Positions 19,412 to 27,191 of a DNA stretch of 64,000 nucleotides are shown piece after piece. Below the pieces are notes generated by a model. It did not search any database. It was not told the origin of the DNA and saw only the letters and a list, made by a program, of their open reading frames with translations. This DNA comes from Sphingomonas sp. (GTDB taxonomy: Bacteria > Pseudomonadota > Alphaproteobacteria > Sphingomonadales > Sphingomonadaceae), in assembly GCF_017304615.1 (NCBI RefSeq), contig NZ_JAFKLZ010000001.1, forward strand, positions 1,450,570 through 1,514,569, in the 5' to 3' direction. The position numbers and the translations under genes were made by a program. Each line of letters begins with the position of its first letter. The first letter of the stretch is position 1.

Positions 19412-20680
19412 ATGACCACAACCGCCGCGACCCGCGACGAGGAAGCTCGCGCTATCCTCGTCGCCAACGACCGCGGCGGTTACACGGTCCCGAACGGCCG
19501 GGTCTATCCTTTCCAGTGGAACTGGGATTCGGCCTTCGTCGCCTTGGGATTTGCGACATTCGACCTGGATCGCGCGTGGCGCGAGATCGAAACTCTGTTC
19601 GAAGCGCAGTGGCAGGACGGCTTCCTGCCGCACATCGTCTTCTGGCAGGACGATGCGGGCTACTTCCCGGGTCCCGACCGCTGGCAGACAGGAAGGACTC
19701 CGCGCACCTCGGGCATTACCCAGCCTCCCGTGGCGGCGACCGTGGCTCGCGCGCTGTGGGAGCGTGATCCGATCTCGCGCGGCCGGCTGGCAGCGCTGTT
19801 CCCAAAGCTGCTCGCCTGGCATCGCTGGTTCTGGCGGAATCGTGACTTCGAAGGTCGCGGCGTCGTGGTGGCGATGCATCCGTGGGAGACCGGTCGCGAC
19901 AACTCGCCGGAATGGGACGCCCCGGGGATGGCAGTCGATACATCATGCGTCGCGCCCTACGTCCGCCGCGACACATCGCATCTCGATGCGGCGATGCGGC
20001 CGACCCAGGCCGAATATGACCGCTACGTTGCTTTAGTCGACTTCGGCCGTTCCGCCGGCTGGGACCACGCCGCGATTGCCCGGTCCAACCCCTTCCGGGT
20101 CGCCGACGTCGGCATGTCGATGATCCTGCTCCGCGCCGACCGCGACCTCCAGTCGCTGGCAGTCGAACTGGGCCTCGCCGCGGAGGCCGAAGAGATCGGC
20201 GCGAGGATCGCTCTTGCCGAGCGTGGCATCGAATGGCTGTGGAATGAGGAACTCGGCGCGTGGTGTTCCCGAGATACCATAACCGGCAGATCGTCCGGCT
20301 ACGTTACCAGCGCAACCTTCTTGTCCTGGTACGCCGGTTTAACCGACCCGTCCCGAGATGCCCGGTTGCTCGCCCATGTCGAGCGGATCGGCACTCATGT
20401 GCCCTTCCTGATGCCCAGCTTGGACCCGGCTGATCCAGGCTTTCAGATGGTGCGCTATTGGCGCGGACCGGTTTGGGCGGTGCTGAATTACATGATCGGG
20501 CTGGGGCTGGCCGAGCGTGGCCACGTCGAACTCGCCACCCGAATGCGCGGCGACACGCAGGCCCTGATCGAGCGGGCCGGGTTCTACGAGGCGTTCGATC
20601 CCACCGACGGAGCACCGACGGGTGGAGATTCGTTCTCGTGGACAGCCGCGATCTGGCTATGCTGGACCAATGCTAAATAG
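19412..20680 (+). CDS. six-hairpin (alpha/alpha)6 glycoside hydrolase, GH63/MGH1-like (candidate glucosyl- or mannosyl-glycerate hydrolase)
   Basis: 422 aa with no signal peptide. YPFQWNWDSAFVALG and later acidic/aromatic motifs resemble my memory of GH63-type mannosylglycerate/glucosylglycerate hydrolases. It starts 2 nt after the TBDR stop. The family call is unverified. Confidence 0.5.
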   Translation: MTTTAATRDEEARAILVANDRGGYTVPNGRVYPFQWNWDSAFVALGFATFDLDRAWREIETLFEAQWQDGFLPHIVFWQDDAGYFPGPDRWQTGRTPRTSGITQPPVAATVARALWERDPISRGRLAALFPKLLAWHRWFWRNRDFEGRGVVVAMHPWETGRDNSPEWDAPGMAVDTSCVAPYVRRDTSHLDAAMRPTQAEYDRYVALVDFGRSAGWDHAAIARSNPFRVADVGMSMILLRADRDLQSLAVELGLAAEAEEIGARIALAERGIEWLWNEELGAWCSRDTITGRSSGYVTSATFLSWYAGLTDPSRDARLLAHVERIGTHVPFLMPSLDPADPGFQMVRYWRGPVWAVLNYMIGLGLAERGHVELATRMRGDTQALIERAGFYEAFDPTDGAPTGGDSFSWTAAIWLCWTNAK

Positions 20681-21983
20681 AATTCTCTCGGTTCTCGCGG
20701 CGTTCGCGGTCGTCACGACATCGTCGGCCTCCAGCGGTGCATCGGGGGATCAGCTTACCCCGCGCCATCGAGAGAAAGAAAGCGGTGCCGGGTTCGACGC
20801 CTTGCGGCTTCGCCGCATCGACGACGCGATGCGGGCCGCCATCGCGCGGGGGCAAGTTAATGGCGTGGTCACGCTGCTGATGCGGCACGGCCGGGTCATC
20901 CGGTTCAATGCCTACGGTGACGACGATCCGACCACCGGCAAGCCGCTTTCCAAGGACGCCATCTTCCGCATCTTCTCCATGACAAAGCCGGTCACGGCAG
21001 TCGCGATGATGATTCTCTACGACGAGGGCAAATGGCGGCCTTCCGATCCGATCGCGATGCATCTGCCCGAATTGGCTAATCTCAAGGTCGCGACCGGTTT
21101 CGCTGCCGATGGCACGCCGATCCTCGCGGTCCCGCGCCGCCAGCCGACAGTCGGCGACGTGATGACCCATAGTGCCGGATTCGCCTACGGGCTCAGTCGG
21201 ACGACGCCCATCGACCGTCTTTATGCGGACGCCCGCCTGTTCGACGTTCCCAACCGCGCGACATTTCTGCATCGCCTTTCCAACCTGCCGCTTGCCTACG
21301 AGCCCGGAACCGCCTGGCAGTATAGCGTCGGGATGGACATCGAGGCCGCGATGATCGAGCGGTTGTCCGGGCAGAGTCTGCCGGTTTTCATGGAGAACCG
21401 AATCTTCCGACCGCTCGGCATGGTCGACACCGGATTTTTCGTCCCTCCCGAAAAGATGTCCCGGCTCGCAACGCTCTATGCGCCCGCCCCCTCCACGGGA
21501 AGACTGACACCTTTCGTCGGCGCCCCTCTTGGCTTGGACGCGACCAGACCGCCTGCCGTCGCCAACGGTGGCGGTGGGCTGGTATCGACGGCCCGCGACT
21601 ATGGGCGCTTCGCCCAGATGCTGCTCGATGGGGGTCAGTTGAGTGCGGTGCGGATTATTTCGCCGGCCGCCGCCAGGCTGATGATGGCAAACCATCTGCC
21701 CGACAGCTTCGCCGGCAACGGATACGGCATCGGCAACTTCGCATACGTCCCGGGCACGGGCTTCGCCTGGAACGGCGGCACCTATACCGATCCGGCGCTG
21801 GCCGGGCAGATTGTGGGAAAGGGCACCTATTTCTGGGACGGCGCCGCAGGCACCTGGTTCTGGATCGATCCGGTCAACGACATTGTCTTCGTCGGCATGA
21901 TACAGCGCCTCGGCGGCCCCGGCGGCCCGGCCTTGCAGGAGGTGACACGACCGCTCGTCTACCAGGCGCTACGACCGCGATGA
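20670..21983 (+). CDS. serine hydrolase, beta-lactamase/EstB (class C-like) family, secreted
   Basis: ATG 20670 gives MLNRILSVLAAFAVVTTSSASS (signal peptide). S-x-x-K motif FSMTKPV, and YSVG in the Y-x-N position. Overlaps the upstream stop by 11 nt. Confidence 0.8.
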   Translation: MLNRILSVLAAFAVVTTSSASSGASGDQLTPRHREKESGAGFDALRLRRIDDAMRAAIARGQVNGVVTLLMRHGRVIRFNAYGDDDPTTGKPLSKDAIFRIFSMTKPVTAVAMMILYDEGKWRPSDPIAMHLPELANLKVATGFAADGTPILAVPRRQPTVGDVMTHSAGFAYGLSRTTPIDRLYADARLFDVPNRATFLHRLSNLPLAYEPGTAWQYSVGMDIEAAMIERLSGQSLPVFMENRIFRPLGMVDTGFFVPPEKMSRLATLYAPAPSTGRLTPFVGAPLGLDATRPPAVANGGGGLVSTARDYGRFAQMLLDGGQLSAVRIISPAAARLMMANHLPDSFAGNGYGIGNFAYVPGTGFAWNGGTYTDPALAGQIVGKGTYFWDGAAGTWFWIDPVNDIVFVGMIQRLGGPGGPALQEVTRPLVYQALRPR

Positions 21984-22077
21984 AGCGTTGACACAACGCT
22001 GCGTTCGATCACGGTTCCGTGACGTTGAAGCGGCAAGGTGAACGCGTAGCAAGATATGCCAGGATGGTGCGGGCCGC

Positions 22078-22923
22078 CTAGGCGGGGCGCTCCAAGAACA
22101 GATAATGCCCGCTATGGGGAATTTCATAGGCGACGCCGCAACGCTGGCCGGCGACGAACCTCGCTTCTTCCCGCATCATCCACGGGCGTATTTTTGCCAG
22201 CGAGTAGGCAATCACCGCACGACGCGTCGCGGGCGTCGCCGTAGCGGGCACCTGTTCTGCCACGTCCTTCGACGTGTATAGGGCAAGCGACGGCACCTTG
22301 ATCTTGGTATAACGGGGTGGTGCGGCCATGTCGCCGGCGAGGATCGCGCCGGCTATTGCCGGGGGCGTGCGTGGGCGCAACCCTTCGGGATTGGCCCGCA
22401 TCGTCGCTGCCAGATCGCTGGAGACTGCCGGAGACCCGACGCCAAGCGCGCCTGCACGCCATCGCGCCATCGCGCCATCGCGCCATCGCCGAGAGGCTAA
22501 TGAGGTCGGCACCCGCGGGACCCGGTATCGGTGGCAGACCTGCCATGATGCCGGGACCGCCGAGCGGTCGTAGGCGGCATCGAGGGAGATCAGCCGCCGT
22601 ACCCGATCCGGGTGGTCGGCGCCCAGCGAGCCGAGTTCGCCACCTGCGAGGCTGTGTCCGACAAAGGAAGCCCGGCGGATGCCGAGCCCATCCACGACCT
22701 CGATCACATCGCCGACCAGCCGCGTGTTGCCGTAATCTCCGGTAGCTGCGTCCCCCGACAGGCCATACCCCCGTCTGGTGATGGCGATCACCCGGCGCCC
22801 ACGCCTAAGTAGAGGTGCCAGCTCGTCGAAAATCCGCGCCGAGTTTCCCAGCCCGGCAAGCAGCACGATCGCGGGACCCTTGCCGCCCCAGTCGACATAG
22901 TCGATCCGGGTGCCGTCGGACAT
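22078..22923 (-). CDS. alpha/beta-hydrolase; possibly 5'-frameshifted (signal peptide in another frame at 22924..23063)
   Basis: DGTRIDYVDWGGKGPAIVLLAGLGNS, GHSLAG nucleophile elbow, and C-terminal catalytic His context PHSGHYLFLERP. Confidence 0.65.
   Translation of the reverse strand: MSDGTRIDYVDWGGKGPAIVLLAGLGNSARIFDELAPLLRRGRRVIAITRRGYGLSGDAATGDYGNTRLVGDVIEVVDGLGIRRASFVGHSLAGGELGSLGADHPDRVRRLISLDAAYDRSAVPASWQVCHRYRVPRVPTSLASRRWRDGAMARWRAGALGVGSPAVSSDLAATMRANPEGLRPRTPPAIAGAILAGDMAAPPRYTKIKVPSLALYTSKDVAEQVPATATPATRRAVIAYSLAKIRPWMMREEARFVAGQRCGVAYEIPHSGHYLFLERPA
22457..22488. repeat. four perfect tandem copies of the octanucleotide CGCCATCG inside the hydrolase CDS
   Basis: Read directly: cgccatcg x4, encoding RRWRDGAMARWRAG on the minus strand. 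Confidence 0.95.
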
Positions 22924-23059
22924 GGTGCAAAAGGCGTCGACGCCAACGCCGGCATGCCCGCACGAGCGCGCGACGATGCGGACGCTGCCGGCGGCGGGGC
23001 CGCCTGTGCCGGCGCGACGACCATCGCCGATAGAGCAAGCAGAGCGCCCGCGAGCCGTT

Positions 23060-23404
23060 TCACAACTTGTAATCCAACGTCAGTCCGATCATGCGCGGCC
23101 GCACCAGAAACTGTTGGGGTCCGCGGATGCCCGTCGTCGCCTGTGAAATACCGCGGACATTGCCGGCGTTCTCGACGAAGGCCGCGATACCGACCGGACC
23201 GATTGTCACGCCCGCTCTCAAGTCGAAAAGGTTATAGCCGCCCTGGATCTGCGGATTCGGCGCGAGCTCGCCGGGCGCGCGAGAAAGGTAACGATAGCTG
23301 ATGCCGAAGCTCGGCGCCAACGGCATGCCAACGGGGGCATAGCTGATCGAATCCGTTATCTGCCAGCGCGGGGCACCCGGCAATCGGCTTCCGGCGGGGG
23401 CCAG
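23060..23404 (-). pseudogene. TonB-dependent receptor, C-terminal roughly 110 aa stump only
   Basis: ...AGSRLPGAPRWQITDSISY...GYNLFDLRAGV...IAAFVENAGNVRGI...PRMIGLTLDYKL is typical of the last barrel strands of a TBDR. No plug or N-terminal barrel lies upstream. The left boundary of the fusion is approximate. Confidence 0.7.
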
Positions 23405-24192
23405 CGACGGTCTTCCAGTCGACGAACAGCCGGACTAGCAAACCACTTTCCAGGGCTCCCTTGCATGCCCGGGAAGTCGACGACGTGATGCAGAGGCCGC
23501 CTTTGGCGGCTGCGATTGCGCCGAAGGTGTCGTTGGTCGATAGGTGCGGCGTCAGGTCGAGACTAGCTGTCTCATCTCCGCGCTGGAATTGCCATGACGA
23601 GCCCCGTGATGCCGCCGGTCCCGAAATAATCCGATGGATCGAAAGATCGGAGGGGTGCTCTGGCGTTCCATGCCGCGCGAGATAAGCCGGCGCCGCGACG
23701 ATCACGCGATGCATCGTGCCAATCAACCGGGCAGTGCCGGCCGTTTCCGGGAGTGCGCCAACGCGAATGCCCACATCGACCGCGTCGCGGACCATGTCCT
23801 GTCACCAGTCGTCGAGCATCAGTTCGATATGAAGACGCGGATGGCGTTCGGCGAAGGGGGCGAGCCGTGGAATGACCACCTGGATACCCATGGTAGACGG
23901 CATGGCGACCCGCAGCGCGCCTTGCAGGTCGCCGCTTTCCCGGACGCTGCTCTCCGCGTCTTCCAGCGCCGCAAGGATAAGGCTCGACGCGCGCGAGAAA
24001 TTCCGCGCCTGCCTCGGTCGGGACCACCGCTCGCTTGGTACGGGACAGGAGCCGCGCGCCGAGTCCGGCTTCGGGCTCGGCAATCATCCGGGACACTTGC
24101 GATTGCGCGAGACCACATTCCCGCGCCGCTGCGGAAAAGCTGCCGAGCCGGGCCACGCGAGAGCAGAGGCTAAGCGACTGAATGTCCTTCAC
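23405..24192 (-). pseudogene. LysR-family regulator pseudogene (one frameshift, one in-frame TGA, 3' truncation)
   Basis: The HTH (MKDIQSLSLCSRVARLGSFSAAARECGLAQSQVSR...) is in one frame. The continuation (SSLILAALEDAESS...RLHIELMLDDW) is in another frame after a CGCGCGCG run at about 23987-23995. An in-frame TGA sits at 23802-23804, followed in the same frame by QDMVRDAVDVGIRVGALPE. The reading loses sense after ...LVRLFVDWKT. Confidence 0.8.
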
Positions 24193-24343
24193 CGTGCAAC
24201 CCGTTCCAACTCATCTATTGATGCTGTTCTAGCACAAATATTAGCGGAAAGCAGTGGCTACCGGCATTACCGCCCCCGCGCCATTTCCCCTTCATCGGAT
24301 CGATGATGATTGCCGACGACGAGACACATGAAGGGAGCCGGTC

Positions 24344-25474
24344 ATGAAAATATCGGGTTCCGTAGTTCTGCTAAACGGCGCCTATGGCGGCATGGGCCGA
24401 GACTTCGCAGGTGAGCTGCTGAAACGTGGCGCCGCCAAATTCTACGTCGCAGCACGCGATACGACGTCGCTGCGGGAGATGCTGGCAAGCGACGACCCGC
24501 GGTTGGTTTCGCTGCCGCTCGATGTCACGGACCCGGACCAGGTCGCCGCTGCAGCAGGCGTCCCGACCGACGTCACGCTGCTCGTCAACAATGCCGGGTA
24601 CGCAGCGTTCGAAGGAGCGATCGCCGCCACCGAGGTGGAGGATGCCCGGCGTGAGATGGAGGTCAAATATTTCGGCACGCTCGCGATGACGCGGGCTTTC
24701 ACGCCCATCCTCGCCAATAATGGCGGAGGAGCCGCGCTCACGACGCTCGGCTTGGTGGCGGGTAATGTGCCTGCGGCAGCGATAAACGGCCTGATCCTGG
24801 GCGGTCTCTATGCACTGGCCTGGAAGGTCGCGCCGATCCACCTCCCGGCCGACGACTGGAAAGTCTGGGCGCTGGGATTCGTCGCTGTCGAGTTCGCCTA
24901 TTACTGGTTCCACCGCGCTAGCCACCGCATTCGCTGGCTCTGGGCGACTCATGCGGTCCATCATTCGGCCGAGCAGATGACCTTGCTCTCGTCGCTGCGG
25001 CTGGGCTGGACCAACCTGTTGTCGGCGGGCTGGATCTTCTACCTGCCGTTGATCCTGGTCGGGTTCGACCCGCGGCTGGTGGTGGTTCTGCTCGCATTCA
25101 ACCTGCGCTATCAGTTCTTCCTTCATACCGAAGCCAGGATATCGCTGGGGTCGCTGGAATGGCTGCTCAATTCACCATCGCACCACCACTGCGTGCATCA
25201 CGGCCGCAACGACGCCTATCTCGATCGCAATTATGGCGGCGTCCTGATCGTCTTCGACCGGTTGTTCGGTACCTTTCGCGCGGAACGGGAAGAGGACCCC
25301 GTCGAGTTCGGCCTGAAAGATCGGCCGCCCGTGACCAACCCTTTCAAGCTCGTCTGGCGAGAATGGTCGGACGTATTCGGTGCCATGCGGACGGCTGGAA
25401 ACGTGCGCGGTGCCATCGGCGTGGCGATCTCTCCACCAGGCAGCCATGTCGGCAAACCGGACACTCCTCTCTAG
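24344..25474 (+). CDS. chimeric ORF: truncated SDR N-terminus fused in frame to a sterol-desaturase/fatty-acid-hydroxylase domain
   Basis: Residues 1 to about 128 are SDR-like (LLNGAYGGMGRDFAGELLKRGA, NNAG, EVKYFGTLAMTRAF) but the catalytic YxxxK region is missing. The remainder has His boxes HRASH, HAVHH and HHHCVHH, plus DRLFGTF. Confidence 0.7.
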   Translation: MKISGSVVLLNGAYGGMGRDFAGELLKRGAAKFYVAARDTTSLREMLASDDPRLVSLPLDVTDPDQVAAAAGVPTDVTLLVNNAGYAAFEGAIAATEVEDARREMEVKYFGTLAMTRAFTPILANNGGGAALTTLGLVAGNVPAAAINGLILGGLYALAWKVAPIHLPADDWKVWALGFVAVEFAYYWFHRASHRIRWLWATHAVHHSAEQMTLLSSLRLGWTNLLSAGWIFYLPLILVGFDPRLVVVLLAFNLRYQFFLHTEARISLGSLEWLLNSPSHHHCVHHGRNDAYLDRNYGGVLIVFDRLFGTFRAEREEDPVEFGLKDRPPVTNPFKLVWREWSDVFGAMRTAGNVRGAIGVAISPPGSHVGKPDTPL

Positions 25475-26623
25475 GCACGACTTTCCGATGGTGTCCTACG
25501 GCCACAACAAGGGGGGAGTGAACGCTTAATCGATCGGGCGAATTTGAAACTCAACCCTCTTGGCCGGGTGGCCGACGCGCATGTCCAAGCCTCCGCTAAA
25601 ACCGTCGGCACGCGCCCTCAAGCGTGTCCTCAACGCCCGGCCAGCCGATAAGACCTCAAATGATCTCTTGGAGAATCGGCTGATCGACTTGCGCGCCCCC
25701 TTAACGAGCGAGGGGCCACGAGCTGGCTGCGAGAAGGCCGACGGTCCGCTAGTCCGAAGAACTGGCCTCGCGCACCTCGATATACATCACGGTCCTAGAA
25801 ACGTGTACCCGTCTCCGCCGTTTTGCTTGGCGCAGGATCAGCGAGTGCATCGCCGAATAGACCAGGGACAGCCACTGATGCGACACGGCGTTCAAAACCA
25901 GATTCTATCAGCATTGATGCCCATAGTCGGATCAGTCATCGCGCGATATGGAAACGCGGATGTCCGGTCACACCGATGCTCTTCTTGCACCTGAGTCCGA
26001 TCTTTGGCGCGCCGTTCGCCCAGGCGTTCGGATCGCGGTTGTGCGGGGGACCATCCCCCATTCCGATTTCGATGGTTGGGAGAGCCTCGTCCGAAAAGAA
26101 GGCATATTGGCCGTCGAGGCTCTCCGCTGGCTCGACGACACGTCGCAGAGCGCCAAAGCGAAATGGAGCACGTCCCCGACCCGCCTGACATCAGAAGAAT
26201 TGGCTGTGGTCGATTAGGCGAGAACCATGCTGCGCGCGGCCATCGCCAGCGTCGCGGGCTGAACAGAGCGACGAATAGAAGCATATATGAGCTGCCGGTC
26301 AGCGGCCGGCCGGATGCGGGCTGGAGCTCCAGAGGAATAAGCTCTGCCAAATTACGACGCGGACGAACCCAACGAAAAAAAGCCGATCATTCTAATACGA
26401 ACGGCAAAGCCAATGGAATCTCATCTGCCAACGACTCGAGGCCGTCCAAGGCCCCAATTGGTCGATCACATAATGAGCTAGGCCCTCGAAGACACGGTGG
26501 GTGCGACAAGAACTTGACCGTGCGAACCGCGCAAAGACGGCCGTCAAAATGTTGGGAAAAATGTTGGGGAGATTTCACTCCGCCGGAAAAACGGAATAAA
26601 ATCAATGTCTTACACGACGGAAT

Positions 26624-26699
26624 GGTGGAGCCGAGGGGGATCGAACCCCTGACCTCTGCAATGCCATTGCAGCGCTCTCCCAGCTGAGCTACGGCCCCA
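26624..26699 (-). tRNA. tRNA-Ala (anticodon GGC)
   Basis: Reverse complement is GGGGCCGTAGCTCAGCTGGGAGAGCGCTGCAATGGCATTGCAGAGGTCAGGGGTTCGATCCCCCTCGGCTCCACCA. It folds as a cloverleaf with the G3:U70 pair, anticodon loop AUGGCAU, and an encoded CCA. Confidence 0.93.
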
Positions 26700-26778
26700 A
26701 TCCTTCGCGGGAAGGCGCCGCCCCTAGACGAAGCAGCGCCCCTTTGACAAGCGGGTGTTTCCCGCCTGCCCTACAAAA

Positions 26779-27093
26779 TCAATGGTCGTCTTCGTCGCCG
26801 CCGGTCTCGACGCCCAGATCGTCGTCGCCGCCCAGATCGACTTCATCGTCCGCCGACGGCTCTTCGTCCTCGGCGATGTCGATGTCTTCACCCTCGAGAT
26901 CCGCATCGTCCTTTTCAGGCTTGTCGGTCTTGATGACCTCGAACGGCAGAGGCTGCTTGGACTTCAGGATCGGTTCCGGGTTGAACGCGGTGTTGCACGC
27001 GATGCACACCACCGGGTCTTCCTTGCCCAGATCGTAGAAACGCGTCGCGCATTTCGGACACGTGCGCTTCGTGCCCCATTCCGGCTTGACCAT
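26779..27093 (-). CDS. TIGR02300 FYDLN_acid family zinc-ribbon protein with acidic tail
   Basis: MVKPEWGTKRTCPKCATRFYDLGKEDPVVCIACNTAF followed by a D/E-rich tail. Confidence 0.85.
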   Translation of the reverse strand: MVKPEWGTKRTCPKCATRFYDLGKEDPVVCIACNTAFNPEPILKSKQPLPFEVIKTDKPEKDDADLEGEDIDIAEDEEPSADDEVDLGGDDDLGVETGGDEDDH

Positions 27094-27191
27094 GCCGCTA
27101 GTTACCTTTCGATTTATGCGATTTTCGGGTTGTGAACCCTAAAGTGGCGCGCGCCTTGCCATAGCGCAAGGGCACTGTCAAAGCCCCGGCG

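Noticed and set aside
22457-22488. Possible CRISPR-like or minisatellite array
   Set aside because: The units are only 8 nt and contiguous, with no spacers. It is reported as a coding SSR instead.
25560-26350. Track ORFs of 144, 152, 121 and 89 aa between the chimeric gene and tRNA-Ala
   Set aside because: They mutually overlap in different frames, show no RBS, motif or coherent composition, and several use TTG/GTG starts. The region is treated as non-coding or decayed.
26350-26623. Integrase remnant or attachment-site repeat next to tRNA-Ala
   Set aside because: No tyrosine-recombinase-like peptide appears in any frame, and I spotted no repeat of the tRNA 3' end. The island-relic idea is kept only as a low-confidence inference.
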